A stretch of DNA of 64,000 nt from an uncultured SAR86 cluster bacterium (GTDB lineage: Bacteria; Pseudomonadota; Gammaproteobacteria; Magnimaribacterales; AG-339-G14), in assembly GCA_902536295.1 (NCBI GenBank), contig CACAWS010000001.1:142658-206657 (forward strand), written 5' to 3'. Numbering within the stretch: position 1 is the stretch's first letter; each line of letters starts with the position of its first letter. The notes under the pieces were generated by a model. That model ran no database searches. It was not told the DNA's origin and saw nothing but the letters and a program-made list of their open reading frames with translations. Shown here in pieces: positions 46,988 through 57,676 of the stretch. The translations under genes and the position numbers were made by a program.

Positions 46988-47806
46988 ATGGGCCAAAGTA
47001 ACAAAGTTTCAACGCTTTGGCTCAGAGGAAGATTAAGAAATATTGATCATGTGTGCTTAGCTTCAATGGTAGCTAACAACCTTGATGTAACCTTATACCA
47101 CTATGACGAAATTACTAATGTTCCCGACGGAATAAAGCTTGCCGATGCAAGTGAAATTCTCGATCTATCATTGCTTGATAGATTGCAATGTATAAAAAAG
47201 AAAGAAAATAATCCTCATATTCCAATTGCTCAATTCAGTGATTTTTTTAGGATTTATCTTCAAAAATACGAAAAGGGATTATGGCTAGACACAGATGTTT
47301 TTATATTTCGCCCTTTTACTTATGAAACAAATAAATCTTTCTTTTGTTATGAAGGCAAAGGAAGAATAGGATATCCAGTTATATATTTACCAAGTGATCA
47401 CAATATTATTTATGAATACGAAAACCTTTTAAACACTGATAATTTGATGCCAAATTGGTTGGGTTTTATAAGAGGTAAATTAAGACCGTTTGTATGGAAT
47501 TTATTAAGACAAAAATTTTCTCCCTCTGATTTAGGTATAACAATTTATGGGAATGATGGCTTTTCTAGGTTAGCTAAGAGACATAATTGTTATAAGGAAG
47601 CTTTAGATAAAGATAAATTTTTTCGTTGGACTGGAAAAGAAACAGATAAATTATTCCAAAGTGTAAATTATCAAGATTTTCTTCATAATCCTAAGTACTT
47701 GGGTATTCATATACACAGAAAACATTGGGAAAATCATCCTGTAATTTCTGATAGTTTTTGGCAATGGGCCCTCAATGAATATGGGAAAAATATTAAAACT
47801 TTATAA
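46988..47806 (+). CDS. DxD-motif glycosyltransferase-like protein
   Basis: FSDFFR..L......GLWLDTDV resembles GT32-like enzymes; VP.G..L.DA.EIL. Confidence 0.7.
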   Translation: MGQSNKVSTLWLRGRLRNIDHVCLASMVANNLDVTLYHYDEITNVPDGIKLADASEILDLSLLDRLQCIKKKENNPHIPIAQFSDFFRIYLQKYEKGLWLDTDVFIFRPFTYETNKSFFCYEGKGRIGYPVIYLPSDHNIIYEYENLLNTDNLMPNWLGFIRGKLRPFVWNLLRQKFSPSDLGITIYGNDGFSRLAKRHNCYKEALDKDKFFRWTGKETDKLFQSVNYQDFLHNPKYLGIHIHRKHWENHPVISDSFWQWALNEYGKNIKTL

Positions 47807-47864
47807 AGTTAAAAAATCTATTAAGTGTTAAGCTATTTTAAATTTTTAATTTATTAAACTTTAT

Positions 47865-48476
47865 ATGGGTTACCACAGGGAAAATCTTAAGCAAAAACTC
47901 ATTGATGAAGCTTATAAAGCTGTAAAAAAGGATGGTGTTGAAACTATTAGTTTGAGAAAGTTAGCAAAGAAAGCAAAAGTTTCTCAAACAGCGCCTTATA
48001 GACATTTTCAATCGAAAGATCATCTAATAATTGAAGTTTGCCTAAAAGGTTTGAGTAATTTGAGAGAAAAAATTGATGCTGTAAACGCAAAAGATCCTAA
48101 AACTAAAGCAATAAATGGTGGTTTAGCATTTATTGATTTTGGTTTAAAAAACGAAAAAATATACGAACTAATTTTAGCTACTATTTCTGGAGAGATTACT
48201 AAAGATCCTTTGAGAATAGCTTTATTTGAATCAGCTGATTACACATTTAGCAATTTAAGAAATAGAATTATAGCTTTAAAGAAAAAGAAGAATCTCCAAT
48301 CTCAACTGGATGGAATAAAGGTTCATGCGTTTTTAACTGGTTTATTACAAGTTATAAGAACTACCAATAAAGTTAATACATCAGGTGGCGCAGAAAATTA
48401 TGAAGCTGTAAAAACCGCAAGCCTTCTGAATAAAAATTTGAAAAAAGTTATTTCAGACTTTATTGAAAGGCTTTAA
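47865..48476 (+). CDS. TetR family transcriptional regulator
   Basis: YH...LK..LI, ISLRKLAKKAKVSQTAPYRHF.SKD.L. Confidence 0.92.
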   Translation: MGYHRENLKQKLIDEAYKAVKKDGVETISLRKLAKKAKVSQTAPYRHFQSKDHLIIEVCLKGLSNLREKIDAVNAKDPKTKAINGGLAFIDFGLKNEKIYELILATISGEITKDPLRIALFESADYTFSNLRNRIIALKKKKNLQSQLDGIKVHAFLTGLLQVIRTTNKVNTSGGAENYEAVKTASLLNKNLKKVISDFIERL

Positions 48477-48482
48477 TAACTT

Positions 48483-49700
48483 TTATTCTTGGGTTACTTG
48501 TTCAAATGCTTTAGAAGCAAGATTTACTATTAGATCTATCTCCTTTTCTAAATGGACAGCTGATAAGAAATGATTATGGTAACTAGTCATATAGATACCG
48601 TTTGCTAAGCAAGCGTCAACCCATCGTGAATGCAATTGTTGATCATTACTCTCGATTTTAAAATATGGCATTGAAGGAACACCTGTTACCTTTAAGTTAA
48701 AACCATAGCTTTTAGCCATCGAAATCATTTTTTCTCTTAAAACCTCTCCATGATTATTCATTATGGAGATCGCATCAATTTTTTTTAATTCATTAATAGT
48801 TGCTAATGCTGCTGCCATTGGAGCAGAATTAAAGAATTGTGTACCACTGAAATACACTTTATTGGCCGCTTCTTTAAGATAATTCTTTCCTACAAGTGCT
48901 GAAATAGGATATCCATTGGCAATGGCTTTCCCTAAACAAACTAAATCAGGAGAAAAATTATATGCATTATTCGACCCAGCTAAATCTATTCTAAAACCAG
49001 TCCTAACATCATCAACTATTAAAATAATATTTTTAGAATTACAAACTTTCTGTATGTGTTCCCAATACCCCTTTTCTGGCAAAACGTTATCTTGAGAAGT
49101 TGGATGATGAAAAGGACTTGAAATAAAACAAGCAATTTCGTTTTCATTTTCAGATATTATTGAATCAAATTCTTCAATACTGTTCCAAGAGATAGAAAGA
49201 ACTTCGGAGTTGTCAGAATAAATTGTGCCGGGACTTCCTTTTTTTTGCATCCATCCATTAGCTCCATGATAACCATCATTTATTTTTAAAACTTTTTTTC
49301 TTCCAGTCTCCTGCCTCGATATCATTACTGCCAACTGAGTACTGTCACCACCATTTTTACCAAAAAGCGCCCACTCTGCTATATCAATCGTATCTACTAA
49401 AGTTTCTGCTAATTCAATCATTACTGGAGAAGCAATACTGACCGTGTTTCCTAAAGAATACTGATCTTGAGCAGCCTTATCTATAATAGGATTATTGTAT
49501 CCAAGGATCATTGGACCCCATCCACAAATTAAATCTATATATTTATTTCCATCAATATCCCAGAAATAAGCATCTTTTGCTTTAGAAAAGAATTTGGGAC
49601 CTTCTCTTCTCACTGCATATTTGTAATGACCAAAAATACCACCAGGAATTAGCTGTTTTGCCCTAATTAAAAATTCATCTGATTTTTTTTGTTTATGCAT
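48483..49700 (-). CDS. Class III aminotransferase (GSA-aminomutase-like)
   Basis: WDIDGNKYID, G.GPMILG, DDVRTGFR, PDL...GKAIANGYP. Confidence 0.88.
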   Translation of the reverse strand: MHKQKKSDEFLIRAKQLIPGGIFGHYKYAVRREGPKFFSKAKDAYFWDIDGNKYIDLICGWGPMILGYNNPIIDKAAQDQYSLGNTVSIASPVMIELAETLVDTIDIAEWALFGKNGGDSTQLAVMISRQETGRKKVLKINDGYHGANGWMQKKGSPGTIYSDNSEVLSISWNSIEEFDSIISENENEIACFISSPFHHPTSQDNVLPEKGYWEHIQKVCNSKNIILIVDDVRTGFRIDLAGSNNAYNFSPDLVCLGKAIANGYPISALVGKNYLKEAANKVYFSGTQFFNSAPMAAALATINELKKIDAISIMNNHGEVLREKMISMAKSYGFNLKVTGVPSMPYFKIESNDQQLHSRWVDACLANGIYMTSYHNHFLSAVHLEKEIDLIVNLASKAFEQVTQE

Positions 49701-49729
49701 TTAATGTTTTCATGGTTTTAAATATTCAT

Positions 49730-49820
49730 TGGCGGAGAGGGAGGGATTCGAACCCTCGATGCGGTATTACCACATACTCCCTTAGCAGGGGAGCGCTTTC
49801 AACCACTCAGCCACCTCTCC
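49730..49820 (-). tRNA. tRNA-Ser(GCT)
   Basis: Reverse complement GGAGAGGTGGCTGAGTGG...CTCCC-CTGCTAA-GGGAG, long variable arm, GGTTCGAATCC, ends GCCA. Confidence 0.96.
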
Positions 49821-49840
49821 TTTAGAAGATTTTAAGTTTA

Positions 49841-51466
49841 TTAAGCAGATTGTCTAATAATATCAGAAGCTTTTTCAGCAATCATAATTGAAGGTGCATT
49901 AGTATTTCCTCCAATTAAAGTAGGCATTATTGAAGCATCTACAACTCTAAGATTATCAATCCCTCTCACTTTAAGATTATCATCAACTACAGCTAGGTCA
50001 TCAGCTCCCATCTTGCAGGTGCCAACTGGATGGTAGAGAGTTTCTCCAGTATCACGTATCCAATTATCTAATTCGTCATCATTATCAACATTAATTTCTA
50101 AACCAGGCTTCGAGCGATCTCCCCTGTATTCATCAAACGCTGATTGCATGAAAACTCTTATAGTCTCTCGAGTAGCATTCCTAGTATCAATAAGATCTTG
50201 CTCTTCAGATAGATAATTTGGGAACATTAGTGGAGCATCGTTGGGATTAGAGCTTTTTAACTCAAGGTGTCCCCTACTTTGCGGTCTTAAAATACATATC
50301 ACACCACTGAATCCATGGTTTGTATCAATCCCATCTCTTCCATGTAAATCCGATGAATGAAAAGATGCATAATGTATTTGAGTGTCTGGAATATCTTTAT
50401 CTGGGCTGGATTTAAAAAATGCTCCGGCACTGGTTGGAGGAAAAGCAGCGTCTCCAGTCCCCAAAAGAAGATATTGCAAACCTGCGAGTTGAGTTCTTAA
50501 AAAGCTCGCGGATCTATGCAGAGTAACCGGTTTAGTGCAATTAAAAGAATTAACCACTGCATAGTGGTCTTGTAAGTTTTTTCCAACTCCTTTCAGTTCG
50601 TGCATAACATCAATGCCATGCTTACTTAACTCTGCAGAATCTCCAATTCCACTATTCATAAGTATTTGGGGAGAATTCAAAGCGCCAGCAGAAAGAATAA
50701 CTTCTTTGTTAGCTTTTACAGAAAAAGTTTTGCCTTTTTTTGAGTATTCAACGCCTACTGCTTTTTTTCCTTCAAATAAAACTTTATTTACCTGAACATT
50801 TGTTTCTGTAGAAAGATTCTTTCTTTTCAAAGCAGGATGTAAGTAGGCTCTTGCAGAACTCCATCTTCTAGGACCTCTTTTAGTATCAGCCATAGTATGT
50901 TCATATCTTGAAAACCCCTCTTGGTTCTTACCATTGAAATCATTTGTTATTGAAAATCCTGCTTGTTCTCCAGCCTTTACAAAAACATCTAATAATTCAT
51001 CATCCGTTCTCTCTGATTTCTTTACACTTAAAGGACCATCAAATCCGTGATATTCGCTATCGCCTTCACCATTGAACGATTCAGCTTTCTTAAAATAAGG
51101 AAGTACATCTTCGTAAGACCATCCAGTATTTCCCAATTGACGCCATAAATCATAATCGTAGGCATGTCCTCTTATATAAACCATTGCATTTATCGAAGAT
51201 GAACCTCCCCATCCTCTTCCACGTGGCCACCAAAGTTTTCTATTATTGGTTGTTTCTTCAGGCTCTGTCTCAAAGCCATAATTGACATCACTTTTTGTTG
51301 GTACGATTTGAGAATATCCTGATGGCATATGAATGAAGAAATTTGTATCCTTTCCTCCGGCCTCTAAAATTAACACATCATTATTTCCATCTTCAGATAA
51401 CCTGTTAGCCATAACACAACCAGAACTTCCAGCTCCTACCACTAAATAATCTACAGTTCTCTCCAT
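49841..51466 (-). CDS. GMC oxidoreductase (choline/alcohol dehydrogenase-like)
   Basis: GAGSSG, PRG...[36 protein letters not shown]. Confidence 0.92.
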   Translation of the reverse strand: MERTVDYLVVGAGSSGCVMANRLSEDGNNDVLILEAGGKDTNFFIHMPSGYSQIVPTKSDVNYGFETEPEETTNNRKLWWPRGRGWGGSSSINAMVYIRGHAYDYDLWRQLGNTGWSYEDVLPYFKKAESFNGEGDSEYHGFDGPLSVKKSERTDDELLDVFVKAGEQAGFSITNDFNGKNQEGFSRYEHTMADTKRGPRRWSSARAYLHPALKRKNLSTETNVQVNKVLFEGKKAVGVEYSKKGKTFSVKANKEVILSAGALNSPQILMNSGIGDSAELSKHGIDVMHELKGVGKNLQDHYAVVNSFNCTKPVTLHRSASFLRTQLAGLQYLLLGTGDAAFPPTSAGAFFKSSPDKDIPDTQIHYASFHSSDLHGRDGIDTNHGFSGVICILRPQSRGHLELKSSNPNDAPLMFPNYLSEEQDLIDTRNATRETIRVFMQSAFDEYRGDRSKPGLEINVDNDDELDNWIRDTGETLYHPVGTCKMGADDLAVVDDNLKVRGIDNLRVVDASIMPTLIGGNTNAPSIMIAEKASDIIRQSA

Positions 51467-51481
51467 AATTTATCTCCTAAG

Positions 51482-52699
51482 TTAATTTTCTAATTCAAAT
51501 TCATCATGCAGTGCAATCACAGCTTCCTCAGCTTTTTCCTTAGAAACTACTACTGAAATTTTTATCTCAGAAGTAGATATCATGTCAATATTTATTTTCT
51601 TATCAGCAAGAGCTTTAAACATCCTTGCTGCAACTCCTGCATGAGATTTCATTCCAACACCAACCACAGAAACTTTACTTATTTCTTTCACTAACTCTAT
51701 TTCTCCGCCGCCAAGGGATTCTATTAAAGTTTTTAAAATATCAACCGCCATCTCAGATTGATCACTTTTTACGGTGAAAGTAAAATCAGTCAGCTTATCA
51801 TTTCCTACATTTTGAACTATTACATCAATTTCTATTCCCGCTTCACTAACAGGTGATAAGATTTTTGCAGCAATACCAGGAGTATCCGGTACATCTCTTA
51901 AAACTATTTTTGAATCATCACTTGTACAAGTTATTCCAGAAATTATGGCGCTCTCAAGGCTATTTTCTTCTTTGGTAATCAAAGTTCCTCCTGAACTGTC
52001 AAAACTAGACAGCACTCTAATCGGCATCTCGTACTTACTAGCGAATTCAACCGATCTAATTTGTAAAACTTTAGCACCTAAACTAGAAAGTTCTAACATT
52101 TCTTCGAAACAAATTTTTTCTATTTTCTTCGCTTTTTTATATACATTAGGATCGGTTGTATAAACACCATCAACATCGGTATAAATCTGACATTCGTCGG
52201 CCTTTAATGCAACTGCTAAAGCCACTGCCGTAGTATCCGAACCGCCTCTGCCAAGCGTAGTAATATCCCCGCTTGAATTAACGCCCTGAAAACCTGTGAT
52301 TACTGGCACAACTCCTAATTCAATATCTTTTTCTAGAGCACTTGTATCAATAGAATTTATCCTTGCTCTTCCATGAGAATTATCGGTCACAAGACCAAGC
52401 TGATGAGCTGTATAAGATTTAGATAAAAAATTTCTTTCTTTAAGAGCAATTGCTAATAGCGCCGCTGAAACTTGTTCCCCTGAAGAAACGAGAGCATCGT
52501 ATTCTCTTGGATCGGGAGATTCTTGAAGTTCTTTTGCCAGATTTATAAGTCTTTGGGTTTCACCAGCCATTGCAGAAACCACAACAGCAACATTAGTCCC
52601 TGAATTGATTGAATCTACAACTAAATCAGCAACTGCTTGAAATCTATCTGTGTTGGCGATAGACGTGCCTCCAAACTTTTGGACGATTAAATTATTCAT
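51482..52699 (-). CDS. lysC: Aspartate kinase
   Basis: VQKFGGTS, TLGRGGSDTTAVA, YTDVDGVYT.DP, STSEIKISV. Confidence 0.96.
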   Translation of the reverse strand: MNNLIVQKFGGTSIANTDRFQAVADLVVDSINSGTNVAVVVSAMAGETQRLINLAKELQESPDPREYDALVSSGEQVSAALLAIALKERNFLSKSYTAHQLGLVTDNSHGRARINSIDTSALEKDIELGVVPVITGFQGVNSSGDITTLGRGGSDTTAVALAVALKADECQIYTDVDGVYTTDPNVYKKAKKIEKICFEEMLELSSLGAKVLQIRSVEFASKYEMPIRVLSSFDSSGGTLITKEENSLESAIISGITCTSDDSKIVLRDVPDTPGIAAKILSPVSEAGIEIDVIVQNVGNDKLTDFTFTVKSDQSEMAVDILKTLIESLGGGEIELVKEISKVSVVGVGMKSHAGVAARMFKALADKKINIDMISTSEIKISVVVSKEKAEEAVIALHDEFELEN

Positions 52700-55291
52700 T
52701 TATGAATTTTCTAAATATGTTGTTACTAAATCGTAGATAGATTCAAGATTATCTATGGCATCTCCGCCGGCTTGAGCAAAATCATTTTTGCCCCCACCTT
52801 TTAAATTTGTTTTTGAAGAGATTAAATCCATAATTGCTTTGGCAGAAAATGTTTGTTCTATATCTCTTGAAACAGAAACTATCACTTGAGATTTTTGATT
52901 ATTTTCACCAATAATAATTATCAAACAACGCTTGATTTTATTTTTTAATTCATCAAGATTTGACCTTAAAGAAGATAAGTTTAAGTTATCAATTCTATGC
53001 ATTAAGACATTTACTCCTTTAACATCTGTAAAATTTGACTCAAAATATTTGATTAAATTCGAATTATTTTTTCTTTCAAGAGCTTTAAGTTTGGACTGAA
53101 TTTCCTTCAGAGAGTTTTTAAATTCATTTATTTTTTCTTGTAAATCTGAAACCTTCACTCCGAAGGAGTTTGCAATGTTATTCAATTCATTTTTTTCTTC
53201 ATCTAATAATATTTTTGCTGCTGCTCCTGTAACCGCTTCAATTCTTCTCACTCCTGAGGAAATACTCGACTCTGAAATAATTTTAAAATTTTCAATCTGT
53301 CTCGTAGATTGCACATGTGTTCCTCCGCATAATTCGATCGAATAATCTCCACCAATTTTTAACACCCTCACTTTCTCGCCATATTTATCTCCAAAAAAGG
53401 CTAATGCACCCAAATCTATTGCTTCATTAAATGAGGTTTCGAATATTTCAGTCTCTATGTTCTTAGCAATTACGTTGTTGACTTGTAGTTCAATTTCTTT
53501 AATTTCATTTGAATTTAATGCCTTATGGTGTGAAAAATCGAACCTTAATTTTTCTTCATTGACCAAAGAACCTTTTTGCTCAACATGTTCTCCTAAAACA
53601 TTTCTTAACGCGGAATGCATCAAGTGGGTGGCAGAATGATTGGATACTATGTTTAATCTTCTGTCTGTTTCGATAGTTAAGTCTACTATATCGCCTTCCG
53701 ACAGAGATCCACTAACATTTTTACAAAGATGGACGTGTTGGTTACCAACTTTTTTTGTATCAAAAACCTCACAAGAACCGTTTTTTGATTGTATGCTGCC
53801 TGTGTCGCCAACCTGGCCTCCAGATTCAGCATAAAATGGTGTTGTATCAAATAAAATAGCAGATTCCCCTCCATCAATTTTAGATACTCTTTTCCCGTCT
53901 TTAAATATCATTTTGATAGTAGATTTAGATTCAGATTCATCATATCCAACAAAGTTTGTGTCGCCATCTACCTCTATTGAACTGGGCAATAATGATGAAA
54001 ATGTATTACGTTCTTTAGCCCTTGTTTTTTGTAAATCCATTAATTTTTCATATTCTTCGATATCTACATTCAGGTTGTTTTCTCTTGCAAAATCTATGGT
54101 CATATCTAAAGGAAATCCGAAGGTATCATATAATCTAAAAGCTAGATCTCCAGATATAACTTTTCCTTTTAGTTTTTTTACTTCTTCATCAAGCAAGCTC
54201 ATTCCTTGATTTAAAGTAGCTCCAAACTTTTCCTCTTCTTCATGAAGGGCTTTTTCAATAAAAGAATTATTTTTTTCTATTTCAGGGTAAAGCTCTTTGT
54301 ATGTATCAGAAAAATAGGTGGCCAGCTTAGACATCACATAGAAGTTCTCGCTATTTAATTTATAGGCATGTCGCAGTGCCCTTCTTATGATTCGTCTCAA
54401 CACATAATTTCTTCCCTCATTACCTATAACTATTCCATCTGAAATCATGAAACAACTCGCTCTCAAATGATCTGCAATCACTCGGAGGGATGGATTTAAC
54501 AAATCTTTCTCTCCCGTCAGCTCAGAAATCTTTTTTATTAAAGGAATAAATAAATCTGTTTGATAATTGTCTGGAGTGCCTTGCATAACTGCACTAATTC
54601 TTTCAAGGCCCATTCCAGTATCAACCGATGGCTTCGGAAGAGGATTTAAGTTTCCTTCAATGTCTCTATTAAATTGCATGAAAACAATGTTATAGATTTC
54701 TACAAATCTATCGCCTGTATCTTTTCCTTCTTCTGGAGGGCTGCCTTCCAATGAATCTCCATGATCATAAAAAATTTCACTACAAGGACCGCACGGCCCT
54801 GTGTCACCCATTGACCAAAAATTATCCTCATTTAATTTCGAAATACGTTTTTTATCTACGCCTATTTTTTCTAACCAAATTTTTTCTGATTCCTGATCTT
54901 CAATATGAACTGTCACCCATAACTTATCCTTCGATAATTTATAATGATTAATAAGCAAGTCCCAGGCGTATTCAATTGCATCTTCTTTGAAATAATCTCC
55001 AAAGCTAAAATTACCAAGCATTTCAAAAAAAGTGTGGTGCCTTAAAGTGTATCCAACGTTTTCCAAATCATTATGTTTTCCCCCTGCTCTAATACACTTT
55101 TGAGCACTAGTTGCTCTAGAAAAGTCCAATTTTTCTGCTCCTAGAAAAACGTCCTTAAATTGAGTCATGCCGGCATTGGTGAACAACAAAGTTGGGTCGT
55201 TATTAGGAACAACACTAGCACTTGGAACTAATTTATGTTTTTTTTCGGAAAAATAATTTAAGAAGATTTTCCGAACTTCCAACGAGTTCAT
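52700..55291 (-). CDS. alaS: Alanine--tRNA ligase
   Basis: DPTLLFTNAGM, RHHTFFEMLGNFSFGDYFK, DTGMGLER, HSATHL, ELCGGTH. Confidence 0.97.
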   Translation of the reverse strand: MNSLEVRKIFLNYFSEKKHKLVPSASVVPNNDPTLLFTNAGMTQFKDVFLGAEKLDFSRATSAQKCIRAGGKHNDLENVGYTLRHHTFFEMLGNFSFGDYFKEDAIEYAWDLLINHYKLSKDKLWVTVHIEDQESEKIWLEKIGVDKKRISKLNEDNFWSMGDTGPCGPCSEIFYDHGDSLEGSPPEEGKDTGDRFVEIYNIVFMQFNRDIEGNLNPLPKPSVDTGMGLERISAVMQGTPDNYQTDLFIPLIKKISELTGEKDLLNPSLRVIADHLRASCFMISDGIVIGNEGRNYVLRRIIRRALRHAYKLNSENFYVMSKLATYFSDTYKELYPEIEKNNSFIEKALHEEEEKFGATLNQGMSLLDEEVKKLKGKVISGDLAFRLYDTFGFPLDMTIDFARENNLNVDIEEYEKLMDLQKTRAKERNTFSSLLPSSIEVDGDTNFVGYDESESKSTIKMIFKDGKRVSKIDGGESAILFDTTPFYAESGGQVGDTGSIQSKNGSCEVFDTKKVGNQHVHLCKNVSGSLSEGDIVDLTIETDRRLNIVSNHSATHLMHSALRNVLGEHVEQKGSLVNEEKLRFDFSHHKALNSNEIKEIELQVNNVIAKNIETEIFETSFNEAIDLGALAFFGDKYGEKVRVLKIGGDYSIELCGGTHVQSTRQIENFKIISESSISSGVRRIEAVTGAAAKILLDEEKNELNNIANSFGVKVSDLQEKINEFKNSLKEIQSKLKALERKNNSNLIKYFESNFTDVKGVNVLMHRIDNLNLSSLRSNLDELKNKIKRCLIIIIGENNQKSQVIVSVSRDIEQTFSAKAIMDLISSKTNLKGGGKNDFAQAGGDAIDNLESIYDLVTTYLENS

Positions 55292-55295
55292 CTAA

Positions 55296-55997
55296 TCAGA
55301 AAATCTCTTTAAGAAGATCAGTGAACATCTTCCATGACCTATTGTCTGCATCCTTGTCATAAAGTGTTCCAAAATCAGGATCGTTTGCTTCAGGATTAGT
55401 AAAAGCATGCATTGCATTTCCAAAAACATGTAATTGCCAATCTGCATTCTTTTCAGTCATTTCTTGCGAAAAAGAATCTATTTGATCTTGACCAACCATA
55501 GGGTCTTTCAACCCATGCAGGGCAAGTATTTTTGCATTTATCTTATTTCCTTTACTTTGTTCAGGGCCGCTTAAAAAGCCATGAAAACTTACTGCCCCCT
55601 TCAGGTCACTACAATTTCTAGCTAAATCTAGAGAGACCAATCCACCAAAACAATATCCCATAATAGCTATGGAGTCAGATTGCACCTGCTGTAAATTTTT
55701 AACATACTCGAAAGCCCCCAAAACTCGCTTGGCTAATTCATCTCTGTCATCTAAAAGAGGTTGCATCATAGATGAGTTTTCCTCAACAGAAGTTCCAATT
55801 TTTCCTTCTCCATACATGTCTAAAGCAAAAGAATGGTAGCCGAGCTTAGTTAACTCCTCAGCTTTTTCATCTACAAAATTATCCCTGCCAGCCCATGTAT
55901 GAGCTATCAATACGCACGGAGCTTGCTCTGAATCTGTTTCAGCAAAGTATCCCTTGTAATTAACACCATCGATTTCATAAGAATGTTCTTTAGACAT
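55296..55997 (-). CDS. Dienelactone hydrolase family protein
   Basis: GYCFGG, SFHG, HG..DP.V, HAFTNP. Start set at MSKEH. Confidence 0.9.
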   Translation of the reverse strand: MSKEHSYEIDGVNYKGYFAETDSEQAPCVLIAHTWAGRDNFVDEKAEELTKLGYHSFALDMYGEGKIGTSVEENSSMMQPLLDDRDELAKRVLGAFEYVKNLQQVQSDSIAIMGYCFGGLVSLDLARNCSDLKGAVSFHGFLSGPEQSKGNKINAKILALHGLKDPMVGQDQIDSFSQEMTEKNADWQLHVFGNAMHAFTNPEANDPDFGTLYDKDADNRSWKMFTDLLKEIF

Positions 55998-55998
55998 A

Positions 55999-56520
55999 TT
56001 ATTTCTCCACAAGATTTTTTTTAAAATTAATATAATTTTCAACGTAATGATCCGCTGAGCCTTTAAGAATATTTTCCATACCTGGATCTAATTCCTTTTT
56101 TACTTTAGCTGGTGATCCCATGACTAACGAATTGTCAGGAATAATTGTATTTTCTGTAATTAAACTATTCGCTCCAATCAAACAATTTTTACCGATTTTA
56201 GCCCCATTCAATACAACGCTATTAATACCAATAAGGCTATTATCTCCTATAGAACAACCATGCAACATTACCTTATGGCCAACTGTGACATTTTTACCAA
56301 TTATTAATGGCTGCCCTGGATCTGCGTGAAGAACAGATAAATCCTGCACATTAGAATTTTCTCCAATGCGAATGTCTTCAACATCTCCCCTAATAACAGC
56401 ACCAAACCAAACGCTCACATGTTTGTCTAAAAAAACTCTTCCCATCACGTCAGCTGATGGAGCTACGAAGTAATCTTCGCCAACTGTTTGAACTTCATGC
56501 TCACCAAATTTGTAAATCAT
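55999..56520 (-). CDS. Gamma-carbonic anhydrase family (hexapeptide repeat)
   Basis: [30 protein letters not shown]. Confidence 0.92.
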   Translation of the reverse strand: MIYKFGEHEVQTVGEDYFVAPSADVMGRVFLDKHVSVWFGAVIRGDVEDIRIGENSNVQDLSVLHADPGQPLIIGKNVTVGHKVMLHGCSIGDNSLIGINSVVLNGAKIGKNCLIGANSLITENTIIPDNSLVMGSPAKVKKELDPGMENILKGSADHYVENYINFKKNLVEK

Positions 56521-57079
56521 CTTTAAATTTTATGTTAAATAACTTTAGAAAATCTAGAGTGAAAGCTAATGTTAGACCCCAAATTTCATGATTCTTATAA
56601 ATTATAACAGGTGTATCAAAAGTCTCTCCTTTGAAATTTGTAACTCCTCTTTTTATTGATGGCTCATTTTTAAAAAAAGATAAAGGTAAATGAAATATTT
56701 CAGCTACTTCGTCTGGATTTGCTTGTAACTCGAAATTTTCACCCAGAACGCCAATGTAAGGTGTGACACTTAAACCGAACCTAGATTCAAGTGGATCTAA
56801 ATTTCCAAGAATTTTAACTTTATCGGGATTAATAGAAATTTCTTCAGCAGCTTCGCGCAATGCGGTGTACATTAAATTTTGATCTTGTTCCTCTTTTTTT
56901 CCTCCTGGAAAAGCGACCTCGCCTGGATGGCTTGGTAAAGAATCTGACCTTTCTGTCATTATAAAAAAAAGATCATCCTCTTTTTCGTAACATAAAATTA
57001 AGACTGCGGCTTGAGGTAACTTCTCATCTGAACTTTTTGGTTGATAATCCTCTAATCTTTTGGCTAATTTTCTTATCAT
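56501..57079 (-). CDS. CoA pyrophosphatase (Nudix, NudL-like)
   Basis: [28 protein letters not shown]. Confidence 0.9.
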   Translation of the reverse strand: MIRKLAKRLEDYQPKSSDEKLPQAAVLILCYEKEDDLFFIMTERSDSLPSHPGEVAFPGGKKEEQDQNLMYTALREAAEEISINPDKVKILGNLDPLESRFGLSVTPYIGVLGENFELQANPDEVAEIFHLPLSFFKNEPSIKRGVTNFKGETFDTPVIIYKNHEIWGLTLAFTLDFLKLFNIKFKDDLQIW

Positions 57080-57138
57080 TTTAAATATACCTTACATCAA
57101 TTATACTTTGCTTCCTGTTATAAATTTCGAGTTCTAAA

Positions 57139-57675
57139 TTGAATTACTGTTCAGCATGTGGCTCCTCTGAAATTTCTTTGAAGATTCCTGAAGGAGATAA
57201 TAGAGAAAGATATGTCTGCAAGAATTGCGGAACTATTCATTATTCTAATCCGAACGTTGTTGTTGGAACTATTCCTTACTACGAAAATAAAATTCTTTTA
57301 TGCCAAAGAGGAATAGAACCAAGATATGGTCTCTGGACGCTTCCAGCCGGGTTTTTAGAAAATGGAGAAAGTCTTAATGATGGTGCAAAAAGAGAAACAA
57401 AAGAAGAAACTCGTGCTGATGTGGAAATGGGAATGATTTATTCAATCTTCAACATACCTCAAATTAATCAAATTTATGTAATCCATCTCGCAAAATTAAA
57501 AGATCTTTCTTTTGGATCTACCTCAGAAAGCTTAGATGTAAAGTTGTTTTCTAAAAATGAAATTCCTTACCAAGAACTTGCGTTTCCTTTTGTTTCAAAA
57601 ACTATAGATTATTTTTTTGATGATTTTGAGTCAAAAGAATTCAGATTGAGAGTTGAAGATATCATCAGAAAGTAA
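57139..57675 (+). CDS. Zinc-ribbon Nudix hydrolase
   Basis: YCSACG...C..CG.IHY.NP, WTLPAGFLENGE....GA.RET.EE. Confidence 0.9.
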   Translation: MNYCSACGSSEISLKIPEGDNRERYVCKNCGTIHYSNPNVVVGTIPYYENKILLCQRGIEPRYGLWTLPAGFLENGESLNDGAKRETKEETRADVEMGMIYSIFNIPQINQIYVIHLAKLKDLSFGSTSESLDVKLFSKNEIPYQELAFPFVSKTIDYFFDDFESKEFRLRVEDIIRK

Positions 57676-57676
57676 C

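Noticed and set aside
48483-49700. Assigning hemL
   Set aside because: It lacks the HemL-typical PGGVNSPVR and SGTEA motifs, so it was kept as a generic class III aminotransferase.
37214-49729. Genomic island between tRNA-Arg and tRNA-Ser
   Set aside because: No integrase, no tRNA 3'-end direct repeat and no obvious composition shift seen; the content is ordinary metabolic genes.
56513-56540. Possible dif site (perfect XerD arm TTATGTTAAAT at 56530-56540)
   Set aside because: The XerC arm position reads TAAATCATCTT and lacks the conserved CATAA; the site lies within coding sequence in AT-rich DNA.
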